Both the position numbers and the translations under genes were made by a program. Shown here piece after piece: positions 27,541-37,632 of a DNA stretch of 41,949 nt. Below the pieces are notes generated by a model that saw nothing but the letters and a program-made list of their open reading frames with translations, made no database searches and was not told the origin of the DNA. Source of the DNA: a virus (lineage: Duplodnaviria; Heunggongvirae; Uroviricota; Caudoviricetes); IMG/VR virus record IMGVR_UViG_2558860473_000005, positions 1-41,949 of that record; one strand, given 5' to 3'. Numbering within the stretch: position 1 is the first letter of the stretch; every line of letters starts with the position of its first letter.

Positions 27541-27982
27541 TCTCGTTCTTAAGGCTTTACGAAAAGCCGGGCTGTATTCCAATGCCACGTTGACAGATGC
27601 TGACCCTCAGGCAATTGAAGATGCCATTAATGACCTCGAAGACATGATGGCAGCATGGCAGGCAAAAGGTATCGAGCTTGGGTATCAGTTTGCTGATACA
27701 GAAAACGGCATCATGCCGTTACCTGACGATGATTCAGGTATCCCTGCATGGGCAAATGATGGCGTCGCTTTGAAACTCGCTGTGCAAGTGTGCATGGATA
27801 ACGTCATTCAGCCGTCAGACGCTCTCCTTACCGCTGCTGACAGTGCATATCAGACAATCTGTATCGCTTTAACCAAAATACCACCACTTGAGCGGAGAAA
27901 TGACATGCCTCGCGGTAGTGGTAACAAAAGCGCGTTTACGTGGAATCGGTTTTACATCGAGAAAGATGATCCGAGTACGTGA
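27521..27982 (+). CDS. Head completion / tail-hub accessory protein (P22 gp4-like), 153 aa
   Basis: Gene order after coat mirrors P22 (4, 10, 26); size comparable. Confidence 0.65.
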   Translation: MAKTKGDLVLKALRKAGLYSNATLTDADPQAIEDAINDLEDMMAAWQAKGIELGYQFADTENGIMPLPDDDSGIPAWANDGVALKLAVQVCMDNVIQPSDALLTAADSAYQTICIALTKIPPLERRNDMPRGSGNKSAFTWNRFYIEKDDPST

Positions 27983-27991
27983 GGTGAATAA

Positions 27992-29410
27992 ATGCCGATT
28001 CAGCAACTTCCGCTTATGAAAGGTGTCGGCAAAGACTTTAGAAACGCCGACTATATCGACTATCTGCCAGTGAATATGTTGGCTACACCCAAAGAAATAC
28101 TCAACAGCAGCGGATATCTTCGCTCATTCCCGGGCATTGCCAAACGTTCTGATGTGAACGGTGTATCGCGCGGTGTCGAGTACAACATGGCGCAGAGTGC
28201 TGTTTATCGCGTGTGTGGCGGCAAGCTGTACAAAGGCGAAAGCGAAGTCGGTGACGTCGCCGGAAGTGGTCGCGTATCAATGGCGCATGGTCGAACATCT
28301 CAGGCGGTAGGCGTTAATGGTCAACTGGTCGAGTATCGCTATGATGGCACGGTTAAAACAGTCTCAAACTGGCCTACAGACAGCGGATTCACTCAGTATG
28401 AGTTAGGTTCGGTTCGTGACATTACGCGCTTACGTGGGCGTTATGCGTGGTCAAAAGACGGAACTGATTCATGGTTCATCACTGACCTTGAAGACGAATC
28501 ACATCCTGACCGCTACAGCGCACAATATCGTGCCGAGTCTCAGCCTGACGGTATCATCGGCATCGGAACATGGCGAGACTTCATTGTCTGCTTTGGTTCA
28601 TCGACGATTGAATATTTTTCCATGACTGGTGCAACCACCGTTGGTGCCGCTTTGTATGTCGCACAGCCATCACTGATGGTGCAGAAAGGTATTGCCGGGA
28701 CTTACTGCAAAACGCCGTTTGCTGATTCCTATGCGTTCATCAGCAATCCGGCAACAGGTGCGCCGTCTGTGTACATCATCGGTTCCGGTCAGGTATCACC
28801 AATCGCCAGCGCGAGCATTGAGAAAATACTACGCTCCTACACTGCTGATGAACTGGCTGATGGCGTGATGGAGTCTCTGCGATTTGATGCGCATGAGCTG
28901 CTGATTATCCACCTTCCTCGCCATGTTCTCGTGTACGACGCATCTTCAAGCGCCAATGGTCCGCAATGGTGCGTACTGAAAACAGGACTGTATGACGATG
29001 TGTACCGCGCTATCGACTTCATTTACGAAGGCAATCAGATAACGTGCGGCGATAAGCTGGAATCCGTGACCGGGAAACTGCAATTCGATATCAGCAGCCA
29101 GTATGACAAGCAGCAGGAACACCTGCTGTTTACTCCACTCTTCAAAGCAGATAACGCCAGATGCTTTGATCTGGAGGTGGAATCATCGACGGGTGTTGCT
29201 CAGTACGCTGACCGCCTTTTTCTCTCTGCAACCACTGACGGCATAAATTACGGTCGTGAGCAGATGATTGAGCAGAATGAACCGTTCGTTTACGACAAAC
29301 GCGTTTTGTGGAAGAAAGTAGGGCGCATCAGGAAAAACATTGGTTTCAAATTGCGCGTTATCACGAAGTCACCTGTCACTCTGTCTGGCGCTCAGATAAG
29401 GATTGAGTAA
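27992..29410 (+). CDS. Head completion / packaged-DNA stabilisation protein (P22 gp10-like), 472 aa
   Basis: Same length as P22 gp10 and conserved synteny. Confidence 0.75.
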   Translation: MPIQQLPLMKGVGKDFRNADYIDYLPVNMLATPKEILNSSGYLRSFPGIAKRSDVNGVSRGVEYNMAQSAVYRVCGGKLYKGESEVGDVAGSGRVSMAHGRTSQAVGVNGQLVEYRYDGTVKTVSNWPTDSGFTQYELGSVRDITRLRGRYAWSKDGTDSWFITDLEDESHPDRYSAQYRAESQPDGIIGIGTWRDFIVCFGSSTIEYFSMTGATTVGAALYVAQPSLMVQKGIAGTYCKTPFADSYAFISNPATGAPSVYIIGSGQVSPIASASIEKILRSYTADELADGVMESLRFDAHELLIIHLPRHVLVYDASSSANGPQWCVLKTGLYDDVYRAIDFIYEGNQITCGDKLESVTGKLQFDISSQYDKQQEHLLFTPLFKADNARCFDLEVESSTGVAQYADRLFLSATTDGINYGREQMIEQNEPFVYDKRVLWKKVGRIRKNIGFKLRVITKSPVTLSGAQIRIE

Positions 29411-30363
29411 TGGCGGATTCGAATCTCAATGTTCCGGTAATCATTCAGGCTACACGGCTCGACACATCAGTCCTTCCACGCAATATCTTCTCGCAGTCGT
29501 ATCTGCTTTACGTTATCGCACAGGGCACTGATGTTGGTAACGTGGCTAACAAAGCCAACGAGGCCGGACAGGGCGCTTATGATGCGCAGGTCAGGAACGA
29601 TGAGCAGGATGTCACCCTTGCAGACCATGAATCCAGAATTGAAGCTGCTGAAGCAACTCTCATCAATCATGAACATAGAATTGCAGCAGCGGAAAGCACT
29701 CTTGCAGATCATGAAACAAGGATTACGGCTGCTGAAACAGAGCTGGCTGATCACGAGACGCGAATTGCTGCCAATGAATCTGAGTTAGCAAACCATGATG
29801 CGCGCATAACTCAGAATACAACCGATATCGACGCACTTGATACCAGGCTCACAGCGGCAGAGGGAAGTATTTCGACGCTACAAAGCACAGTTGGTGATCA
29901 CTCAACAAGAATATCTGCGCTTGAGTATGCCACCACGCGCAAGAAATCAGAGGTTGTTTACTCAGGGGTATCGGTAACAATTCCGACAGCGCCTACCAAC
30001 CTTGTTAGCCTGCTGAAAACGCTCACGCCGTCATCCGGCACGTTGGCACCATTCTTCGACACCGTTAACAACAAGATGGTTGTGTTCAACGAGAACAAAA
30101 CCCTGTTCTTCAAGCTGTCGATTGTCGGGACGTGGCCCAGTGGAACCGCCAACAGGTCAATGCAGCTAACCTTTTCCGGCTCTGTTCCTGACACACTGGT
30201 AAGCAGTCGCAACTCGGCGACAACGACCGATAACATCCTGTTAGCTACGTTCTTCAGCGTGGATAAAGACGGCTTTCTTGCCACAAATGGCAGCACGTTA
30301 ACCATTCAGTCGAATGGTGCGTCGTTTACTGCCACAACCATCAAGATAATCGCGGAGCAGTAA
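29410..30363 (+). CDS. Tail needle protein (P22 gp26-like) with heptad-repeat coiled coil and C-terminal knob, 317 aa
   Basis: Repeated [10 protein letters not shown] heptads in the middle; conserved N-terminal tip; extended C-terminal domain. Confidence 0.75.
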   Translation: MADSNLNVPVIIQATRLDTSVLPRNIFSQSYLLYVIAQGTDVGNVANKANEAGQGAYDAQVRNDEQDVTLADHESRIEAAEATLINHEHRIAAAESTLADHETRITAAETELADHETRIAANESELANHDARITQNTTDIDALDTRLTAAEGSISTLQSTVGDHSTRISALEYATTRKKSEVVYSGVSVTIPTAPTNLVSLLKTLTPSSGTLAPFFDTVNNKMVVFNENKTLFFKLSIVGTWPSGTANRSMQLTFSGSVPDTLVSSRNSATTTDNILLATFFSVDKDGFLATNGSTLTIQSNGASFTATTIKIIAEQ

Positions 30364-30818
30364 TGATTCAGTTCAAACCAACGCGAAACATCGACCTGAT
30401 AGAAGCCGTGGGAAATCACCCCGACATTATCACCGGGAGCAACAACGGTGATGGATACGACTACAAGCCTGAATGCCGTTACTTCGAGGTGAACGTGCAC
30501 GGGCAGTTCGGCGGAATTGTTTACTATCAGGAGATTCAGCCGCTTACATTCGATTGCCACGCCATGTACCTGCCAGAGGTTCGTGGATTCAGCAAGGAAA
30601 TCGGGATGGCGTTCTGGCGATACATTCTTACTAACACCACCGTTCAGTGCGTCACATCGTTCGCTGCACGCAAATTCCGCCACGGTCAGATGTACTGCGC
30701 AATGATTGGCCTTAAGCGTGTAGGAACCATCAAGAAATACTTCAAAGGCGTGGATGACGTGACGTTTTACAGCGCCACACGCGAAGAACTAATCGACTTC
30801 CTGAATCACGGGAGATAG
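30363..30818 (+). CDS. Head assembly protein (P22 gp14-like), 151 aa
   Basis: Position and size in the conserved 26-14-7-20-16 order. Confidence 0.6.
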   Translation: MIQFKPTRNIDLIEAVGNHPDIITGSNNGDGYDYKPECRYFEVNVHGQFGGIVYYQEIQPLTFDCHAMYLPEVRGFSKEIGMAFWRYILTNTTVQCVTSFAARKFRHGQMYCAMIGLKRVGTIKKYFKGVDDVTFYSATREELIDFLNHGR

Positions 30819-30820
30819 CC

Positions 30821-31513
30821 ATGTTATATGCATTTAAGCTGGGCAGAAAACTGCGCGGAGAGGAACCTTATTGCCCTGAAAAAGGCGGGAAAGGTGGCAG
30901 TTCTGATAAAAGTGCAAAGTATGCCGCAGAAGCTCAGAAGTATGCCGCAGACCTGCAAAATCAGCAGTGGCAGACGATCATGAAAAACCTTGCTCCGTTC
31001 ACGCCTCTTGCGGAGCAGTATGTTAACCAGCTTCAGAACCTTTCCAGTTTAGAAGGTCAGGGGCAGGCACTTAATCAGTATTACAACTCTCAGCAGTATA
31101 AAGACCTTGCAGGTCAGGCTCGTTACCAGAGTCTGGCGGCAGCGGAAGCAACAGGTGGATTGGGTTCCACTGCAACCGGTAATCAGTTAGCAACAATCGC
31201 ACCAACGCTTGGTCAGCAATGGCTATCTGGTCAGATGAACAACTACCAGAATCTGGCAAATATTGGTCTTGGCGCACTGCAAGGTCAGGCAAACGCCGGG
31301 CAGACATATGCCAACAATATGAGTCAGATTTCGCAGCAAAGTGCGGCTCTTGCAGCGGCAAATGCCAACAGACCATCAGCAATGCAATCTGCTATTGGCG
31401 GAGGTGCGTCTGGTGCTATTGCTGGGGCCGGACTTGCGAAATTAATTGGTTCATCAACTCCGTGGGGGGCTGCGATCGGCGGCGGTCTTGGTCTGCTTGG
31501 CTCGTTGTTTTAA
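30821..31513 (+). CDS. Ejection (DNA transfer) protein, P22 gp7-like, 230 aa
   Basis: Size, synteny, Gly/Ala-rich C-terminus. Confidence 0.7.
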   Translation: MLYAFKLGRKLRGEEPYCPEKGGKGGSSDKSAKYAAEAQKYAADLQNQQWQTIMKNLAPFTPLAEQYVNQLQNLSSLEGQGQALNQYYNSQQYKDLAGQARYQSLAAAEATGGLGSTATGNQLATIAPTLGQQWLSGQMNNYQNLANIGLGALQGQANAGQTYANNMSQISQQSAALAAANANRPSAMQSAIGGGASGAIAGAGLAKLIGSSTPWGAAIGGGLGLLGSLF

Positions 31514-31523
31514 GGGGTAATCA

Positions 31524-32855
31524 ATGGCTACGTGGCAACAGGGTATTAATTCTGGTGGTTTTCTGGCTGGAATTGGTGCGCAAAATGAGAATGCGCCAAA
31601 GGCAAGCGACATTAACGCAACGCTTGGTCTGATTCGCGAAAACAATGAACTGGCTCGCTCAGGTGCAAATAACGTTGGTCTGACCGCGTTACGTGGTCTG
31701 GCTGGAGTTGCTGATATTTACAATCAGGAACAGCAACAGAAAGCTATTAGTGCGTTCAATAAGGTTCACGCTGATGCATGGGCTTCTGGTGATCCATCGG
31801 GACTATTTAAGTTTGCCCGGGAAAATCCAGCGTTTGTTGCACAGGCACAACAGGCGTTTTCCGGTCTTAATGAGCAGCAACGCAACGATATGGGCGATTT
31901 AGCCATGAGGGCTAACGTCGCTCTTTCTCAGGGACCGGAAGCCTACAGTAAATTCATTACTGACAACAAGGACAGGTTAAATCGCGTTGGTGCTAATGCT
32001 GACTGGATGATTCAGACAGGTATCCAGAATCCAGAGCAGCTATCACACATGCTGACTACTATGACGCTAGGGGCTGTTGGTCCGGATAAAATGCTGGATT
32101 ATCAGGATAAGATGGTTGGTCGCCAACTTGAGAAAGGGCGATTGGATGAAAGCATCCGTCAGGCTGACATGGAGAACGCGAGAGGATGGGCAAATATCCA
32201 AAACGCTCAACTAGACAGGGCTCAGCGGGCACAAATGCATAATGATAACGTAGCCCTGAAGTTGCAGGAATTAGGGATGAAACAACAGGAAAGCGGAAAG
32301 ATTGACCCAAAACTTGTTCGAGATCTGAATAGTGATATTAATGGGTTCTCAAAGAATTATTCTGCAATGCGCAGTGCTTCTGACAACCTACAAGCCCTTG
32401 GGAAGCGCAACACTCCAGCCGCGCAGTTGGGAATGATTTTCAACTATATGAAATCGCTGGATCCGCAATCTGTGGTACGCGAAGGTGAGCAAGTGCAGGT
32501 AAAACGCACTGATGGAATATTTGGCACACTTGGTAACTATGTTAGCCAATTATCTAACGGCAAGATGCTGAATAATGAGCAAGTCCAAGACTTAATCAAC
32601 ACCTCAAAACTGATGGCAAATACTGAAGGCGAAAAGTTTAACCAGCAAATGGATGATTATCTTTCAACTTATGGAGATTCTCTCCCCAGCGGACTAACTA
32701 AGCAATTGCAATCCAGAAAAGCCAAGCTGTATGAAGATATTCAGCAGCCTGCGCAACAACAGAGCAATAACCAACAACCGACAAATACCCAACAGCAGCA
32801 GAGTCAATCCGGATCATATACCTCAAAATCAGGCATTCAATTTACGGTGGAATGA
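31524..32855 (+). CDS. Ejection protein, P22 gp20-like, 443 aa
   Basis: Size and synteny; Q/N-rich low-complexity segments. Confidence 0.7.
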   Translation: MATWQQGINSGGFLAGIGAQNENAPKASDINATLGLIRENNELARSGANNVGLTALRGLAGVADIYNQEQQQKAISAFNKVHADAWASGDPSGLFKFARENPAFVAQAQQAFSGLNEQQRNDMGDLAMRANVALSQGPEAYSKFITDNKDRLNRVGANADWMIQTGIQNPEQLSHMLTTMTLGAVGPDKMLDYQDKMVGRQLEKGRLDESIRQADMENARGWANIQNAQLDRAQRAQMHNDNVALKLQELGMKQQESGKIDPKLVRDLNSDINGFSKNYSAMRSASDNLQALGKRNTPAAQLGMIFNYMKSLDPQSVVREGEQVQVKRTDGIFGTLGNYVSQLSNGKMLNNEQVQDLINTSKLMANTEGEKFNQQMDDYLSTYGDSLPSGLTKQLQSRKAKLYEDIQQPAQQQSNNQQPTNTQQQQSQSGSYTSKSGIQFTVE

Positions 32856-34978
32856 TGAAAGTAACTGCAAACGGAAAGACATTTACCTTCCCTGATGGTA
32901 CGAGCACGGAAGATATTGGCACCGCCATTGATGAGTATTTTGCTGGTCAGGCTGTTCAGCAACAAACAGTTAATCAGGCCAATAATGAACCAGCGCGTGA
33001 AGAACCATCATTGATGCAACAAGCTGGCGATTGGCTCACTGGTGGTCAAAGTGCAGGGCAAATTGCAGAACAGGCTGGTCGTGGTCTGGTAAACATACCA
33101 TTTGACGTATTGCAGGGTGGCGCAAGTCTGATTAATGCAATCAGTCAGGGGCTTGGTGGGCCAAAAGTATTGGATGATGTCTATCGTCCAGTCGATCGAC
33201 CGACAGACCCTTACGCGCAAGCCGGTGAAACAATTGGTGGGTATCTCCTGCCAATTGGCACAGCGGCAAAAGCTGCTGGAGCGCCAGCAAAGCTCGCTGG
33301 AGATATCGGTTCCGCAGGAAACATGATTGCAGGTTCTCTTGCTGATGCTGCAAATCAGGAGGGCGATTTTGCACAAAATGCTGCCATTAACGGTGGTATC
33401 AATATTGGTGCTCAAGGCGTTCTTTCAGGTGTCGGGCGCGTTATTGCGCCAAGGGTTTCACAGGCTCTTGGTGGTGCAGCACTGAATTCTGCTAATGATG
33501 TTTCCAGGATGGCAAAGTCAGGTGCTGGGCGTCAGTCAATTGCCAGTCAGGCCGCTAATGTGTCCGAAGATGTAGCAAAAGCGGCTGAGTCTGCTGGAAT
33601 TGATATAAACGCATTAACACCAGGAATGCGATCTGGAAGTCGTGGAATTGCACAAGCCGAAGGCGCATTGGCATCAACACCAGGAATCGTTCAGGACGCC
33701 CATCAGGCAGCATTTAACGAAATATCATCAAAGTTAAGTCGAAACCTTGATGAATTTGGGGCCGCATCTGGAACGGCATCAGAAAAAAGTGCGGCTATAA
33801 AACAAAGGATTCTTCAAAATCTTGATCAGATGAAGGATGCCGAGCGCGCGGCATGGGATGACGTGCGGTCAACAATGCCAAATCAAAAATCAAGAATGCT
33901 AAATGGTAATGCCGTTATTCAGGCAGAGCGATCTGCTGGCATACCGCTTACTCCTGAAATGAAACAGTTTGTTCAGGCAAACAATCAAGGTGGAGTAACA
34001 TTTGATGGCATGAAAGCATGGAGAGCGAAATTTGCTGATGCGGAGCAAAAATATAAGCGTAGCGGAGAGGCAAATGCGGCAAGGAGAGCAGGGGAAATAC
34101 GCCGGGCAATTACTGATGATATGCGCACAATGGCGGAAAACGGCGGATTTCTTGATGACTGGCAAAAAGCTAATGATCTGTCTAAAGCGAGGTTATCAGC
34201 ACAAGAGAGTGCAGAGTCTGTTTTCGGGCGTGATTTGGCAACAGATGCACTGATTACGAATGGAGTAAAATCCCTTCAATCATCGTCAGCTAAAGGTCTT
34301 AATGGTCCTGCTGGATTCCATTCTATGATCCGCGCGCTGCCAGAATCAGAGCGTGTTCCTGCTATATCATCAATGTTGCAAGATGCTATCTCGCATGGTG
34401 TACGTGGTGGCAAAGCTGATGCAGCAGGAATTAACCATATCGCAGAGATACTCACTCCACAAAATGTAAAAGCCATTAGCCGATATTCCTCAGAGCTTGG
34501 AAGAATTGCAGATGCATATGGCACTCTTGCAAGAGCAGCAGTGAAACCTCAGCAGTATATTGAAAGAACAGGGAGAACTGCCAATGTACTACGCGATCTG
34601 GATGCTGGTTTATCCAACGTCACATCAACAGTGTTAAATGCAATTGCTAACTCAACATCAGGTGCCATTGTTGGTGGAGCAGGAGGGGGCATTGCAGGCG
34701 CTGCCGCAGGTGCTTTAGTTGGCGCTGGGTTAAAAGGCGCTGTATCTAAAATTGCCACCACACGTAGTGGTCGATATGCGATAGAGAAAGCTGTTCAGGA
34801 AGCCACCAAAGCAGTAAGAGCAGGCGGAAGCAAAGAAGCATTACTGGCGGCGGAACGCAGATTTATGGCAAATAAGGCCGCCGTAAAAGCAATACGTGAT
34901 ACAGTCGGAAACGAAGAGTTTCAGCGCTTAGCGAGGGCTGGTATTGTGGCATCGCTAAGCGGAATGGCACGGGAGTAA
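32852..34978 (+). CDS. Ejection protein, P22 gp16-like, 708 aa
   Basis: Size and synteny; Ala/Gly-rich. Confidence 0.7.
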   Translation: MMKVTANGKTFTFPDGTSTEDIGTAIDEYFAGQAVQQQTVNQANNEPAREEPSLMQQAGDWLTGGQSAGQIAEQAGRGLVNIPFDVLQGGASLINAISQGLGGPKVLDDVYRPVDRPTDPYAQAGETIGGYLLPIGTAAKAAGAPAKLAGDIGSAGNMIAGSLADAANQEGDFAQNAAINGGINIGAQGVLSGVGRVIAPRVSQALGGAALNSANDVSRMAKSGAGRQSIASQAANVSEDVAKAAESAGIDINALTPGMRSGSRGIAQAEGALASTPGIVQDAHQAAFNEISSKLSRNLDEFGAASGTASEKSAAIKQRILQNLDQMKDAERAAWDDVRSTMPNQKSRMLNGNAVIQAERSAGIPLTPEMKQFVQANNQGGVTFDGMKAWRAKFADAEQKYKRSGEANAARRAGEIRRAITDDMRTMAENGGFLDDWQKANDLSKARLSAQESAESVFGRDLATDALITNGVKSLQSSSAKGLNGPAGFHSMIRALPESERVPAISSMLQDAISHGVRGGKADAAGINHIAEILTPQNVKAISRYSSELGRIADAYGTLARAAVKPQQYIERTGRTANVLRDLDAGLSNVTSTVLNAIANSTSGAIVGGAGGGIAGAAAGALVGAGLKGAVSKIATTRSGRYAIEKAVQEATKAVRAGGSKEALLAAERRFMANKAAVKAIRDTVGNEEFQRLARAGIVASLSGMARE

Positions 34979-35311
34979 TTAATCATCCATGGATGGATTG
35001 AGCTTATCTCGTGTTGATGTGGCGGTTTTCCCTACATTCCTAAGCCAAGCTTTCAAATCCTTGATATTGTCATTGATTTCATGAATATCTTCCTTTTTTA
35101 ATCTGTCAATATTATTTTCAATAATTTCAATGGATTGCTCAATATCAGATATAGTGAATGATAGTTTGCTCTTCTCATCTGTTATTGAGTTTTTAAGTAC
35201 TTCGTTCTCAGTCTTGAGGTCAGATATCTTTTGCTTTAAAGATGCCAGTTGGCACTGAACCACAATGAGTGCGATAGCTATCACGACAAATGTTGCATAC
35301 ACGCTAACCAC
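34979..35311 (-). CDS. Membrane-anchored coiled-coil protein (N-terminal TM helix then coiled coil), 110 aa; cassette gene C
   Basis: Hydrophobic YATFVVIAIALIVVQ segment followed by heptad-like K/E-rich sequence; GTG start; AT-rich by eye. Confidence 0.55.
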   Translation of the reverse strand: MVSVYATFVVIAIALIVVQCQLASLKQKISDLKTENEVLKNSITDEKSKLSFTISDIEQSIEIIENNIDRLKKEDIHEINDNIKDLKAWLRNVGKTATSTRDKLNPSMDD

Positions 35312-35322
35312 CTTGGTTTTAT

Positions 35323-35676
35323 CTACTTGAGGACTAATCCGTTAAGTGCATCAAGGATTTTAGATACGTAACTACCGAAAATGTAGGTGCAAAAAGCAAA
35401 AACAACCGTGACGACAGCACCGATAGCCTTAATGGTTGTTTTCATTGTGGTGATACTAGTTTCAATACTGCTAAGCCTGGTGTCAATTGACTTCACGTCT
35501 TTTTGAATGATCTCAATGTCACGCTTGATATAGCTGACATCAGACTCTAACTTTGCGACCCTTGATTCCATGCCATCACCTCCTTCGCCTCCAGACCTGT
35601 TCTTATCCTTTGTGTTCTCAGGATGGATACGAGATATGTTTTTTTCACTAATTGATGTTTCAATTATATCAAGCAT
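35323..35676 (-). CDS. Tail-anchored coiled-coil membrane protein (XhlA-like architecture), 117 aa, or 82 aa from the internal start at 35571; cassette gene B
   Basis: Coiled-coil segment then C-terminal hydrophobic helix AIGAVVTVVFAFCTYIFGSYV; strong GGAGG RBS before the internal Met; 8-bp overlap with gene A if the long start is used. Confidence 0.55.
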   Translation of the reverse strand: MLDIIETSISEKNISRIHPENTKDKNRSGGEGGDGMESRVAKLESDVSYIKRDIEIIQKDVKSIDTRLSSIETSITTMKTTIKAIGAVVTVVFAFCTYIFGSYVSKILDALNGLVLK

Positions 35677-36079
35677 CTTTCACATGACTCACGGAAAAGT
35701 AGGCTTGCGCAGAATGCACTAGAGTGTTGTCTTTGCTGATGGATACTCGAATTAAGTAATCCCCGTCAGCATCAAGTTTGCATTTATCGAAATGCATAGA
35801 CATCGATGTTGCCAAGGTGTTCCTGATCTCATTGTGTCCTTTTGCCTTAATCCATACGCCTTTATCACCGCTTACACTGATTTCTAACTCATTCTCGATT
35901 CTATAGAGACAAGCTGAAACCCAATATGGTGTATCATGAATTAAACCGAGAAAGTGAACCTGAAAATCAAGGTCAGTAGTCACAGGTAACTCATCTGTCT
36001 CCATGATTAACATGGGTGATTTTTCATCATTTTCAGACTTATGGTAAGGAAAAAGGAATGCTATTTTTTCAGTGTTCAT
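35669..36079 (-). CDS. Hypothetical soluble protein, 136 aa; cassette gene A
   Basis: Start overlaps the mnt stop by 4 bp (translational coupling); no recognisable family. Confidence 0.55.
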   Translation of the reverse strand: MNTEKIAFLFPYHKSENDEKSPMLIMETDELPVTTDLDFQVHFLGLIHDTPYWVSACLYRIENELEISVSGDKGVWIKAKGHNEIRNTLATSMSMHFDKCKLDADGDYLIRVSISKDNTLVHSAQAYFSVSHVKDA

Positions 36080-36318
36080 TTCCCATCCCTTAAACGTTTA
36101 AGTACATTGATGGTTACATCAAGAGCCTCTTGCTCTGACTTTGCCAGTTGCTGACTGCTTAATGGTATAACCTGCTCTTTATGCATTTTTATCCACAACT
36201 GGATAGCAGCAATAATCTCAGCATTGATAGAGCGTCGATTAGTGGCAGCAATATGCGTAAGTTGCTGTTTTATCTCATCTGGCATTCTTACGTTGAATTG
36301 CGGATCATTTCTAGCCAC
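36076..36318 (-). CDS. mnt: Mnt-like ribbon-helix-helix repressor, 80 aa
   Basis: MARNDPQFNVRMPDEIKQQL... resembles P22 Mnt; divergent from arc; GTG start with GGAGA RBS. Confidence 0.75.
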   Translation of the reverse strand: MARNDPQFNVRMPDEIKQQLTHIAATNRRSINAEIIAAIQLWIKMHKEQVIPLSSQQLAKSEQEALDVTINVLKRLRDGK

Positions 36319-36411
36319 GTCATTCTCCTTTTATTTATTGACATGCTAGAACGGTAGTAGTACGCTTTCAATAGTAGTACGGTGCTATCATTTGATGAAA
36401 TGGAGGTGAAT
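36319..36411 (+). promoter_or_regulatory. immI-like divergent promoter/operator region (Pant-like -35 TTGACA 36338-36343; direct repeats TAGTAGTAC at about 36355 and 36373)
   Basis: Intergenic region between divergent mnt and arc; candidate -35/-10 elements on both strands overlapped by two 9-bp direct repeats. Confidence 0.45.
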
Positions 36412-36573
36412 ATGCAAGGTGCAAGAAAAATGCCGCAGTTCAATTTGCGGTGGCCTAAAGAAGTATTGGATTTGGTACGCAAGGTGGCGGAAGAGAATGG
36501 TCGGTCTGTTAATTCTGAGATTTATCAGCGAGTAATGGAAAGCTTTAAGAAGGAAGGGCGCATTGGTGCGTAA
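36412..36573 (+). CDS. arc: Arc repressor (ribbon-helix-helix), 53 aa
   Basis: [53 protein letters not shown] is near-identical to P22 Arc by recall; GGAGGTG RBS. Confidence 0.9.
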   Translation: MQGARKMPQFNLRWPKEVLDLVRKVAEENGRSVNSEIYQRVMESFKKEGRIGA

Positions 36574-36577
36574 AGTT

Positions 36578-36609
36578 GAAGCCCCAACTGCTGGAACAGT
36601 CAGGGCTTC
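36578..36609 (+). promoter_or_regulatory. Extended hairpin in the arc-ant intercistronic region
   Basis: GAAGCCC...GGGCTTC with inner ACTG/CAGT stem; no U-run on either strand. Confidence 0.35.
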
Positions 36610-36641
36610 GGTATCAACAAAACTTACGAGGTATTATTGAT

Positions 36642-37532
36642 ATGTCAAGCTTAGCAAAGTCAACTGTAAATTGCACTAATAGCATCATCATTTCTGACGT
36701 CAAGATTCATATGGATTCAGAGGGGCGTTACTCGCTTAATGACCTTCATGTAGCGTCTGGGAAGGAGGAAAAACATCAGCCAGCTTTCTTCATGCGTAGA
36801 AATGAAACTATTGAATTAATTAATGAAATTTTTAATTCTGCGGATATGCAGAATAAGAATCCCGTCCTTTCTAAGAAAGGTCGATATGGTGGAACCTACG
36901 TGTGCAAGGAGCTTGTTTACTCCTACGCCATGTGGATTAGTGCATCCTTTGCGCTGAAGGTTATCCGTGCATATGACGCAATGGTTACTGCCACACAAGA
37001 TAGGAAGGCTATTGGAGGTAAAACTTCAGTAGCTGAACGCACACCGCTACGAGATGCAGTAAACATGCTGGTAGGAAAGAAAGGACTTCGCTATGACGAT
37101 GCATACAATATGGTTCATCAGCGTTTTGGTATTGACAGCATTGATGAACTTTCAATTGAACAAATCCCGCTGGCCGTAGAGTACATCCACAGGGTAGTGC
37201 TTGAAGGTGAGTTCATTGGCAAACAAGAGAAGAAAACCAACGAGCTTTCTGCAAAAGAAGCAAACAGCCTTGTATGGTTATGGGATTATGCCAACCGTTC
37301 ACAGGCATTATTCCGCGAACTGTATCCGGCGCTAAAACAAATTCAATCGAACTATTCCGGCAGATGCTACGACTACGGTCATGAGTTCTCGTATGTTATC
37401 GGAATGGCGAGAGACGTTTTAATAAACCACACACGAGATGTTGATATTAATGAGCCAGACGGACCAACGAATCTTTCCGCATGGATGAGACTTAAGAATA
37501 AAGAATTACCTCCTTCAGTACATAACTACTGA
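36642..37532 (+). CDS. ant: Antirepressor Ant (KilA-N domain N-terminus), 296 aa
   Basis: KilA-N-like segment ([24 protein letters not shown]...); downstream of arc as in P22 immI; GAGGT RBS. Confidence 0.8.
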   Translation: MSSLAKSTVNCTNSIIISDVKIHMDSEGRYSLNDLHVASGKEEKHQPAFFMRRNETIELINEIFNSADMQNKNPVLSKKGRYGGTYVCKELVYSYAMWISASFALKVIRAYDAMVTATQDRKAIGGKTSVAERTPLRDAVNMLVGKKGLRYDDAYNMVHQRFGIDSIDELSIEQIPLAVEYIHRVVLEGEFIGKQEKKTNELSAKEANSLVWLWDYANRSQALFRELYPALKQIQSNYSGRCYDYGHEFSYVIGMARDVLINHTRDVDINEPDGPTNLSAWMRLKNKELPPSVHNY

Positions 37533-37570
37533 CAGATAACCAACGCAACGACCCAGCTTCGGCTGGGTTT

Positions 37571-37593
37571 TTTTATGCCCAAAATTCACCGTA
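37571..37593 (+). terminator. Rho-independent terminator after ant
   Basis: Hairpin CCCAGC-ttcg-GCTGGG followed by TTTTTTT. Confidence 0.75.
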
Positions 37594-37632
37594 GCCATGC
37601 TGCGGCGATTCCTTGTATCTGGAGCAAATTAA

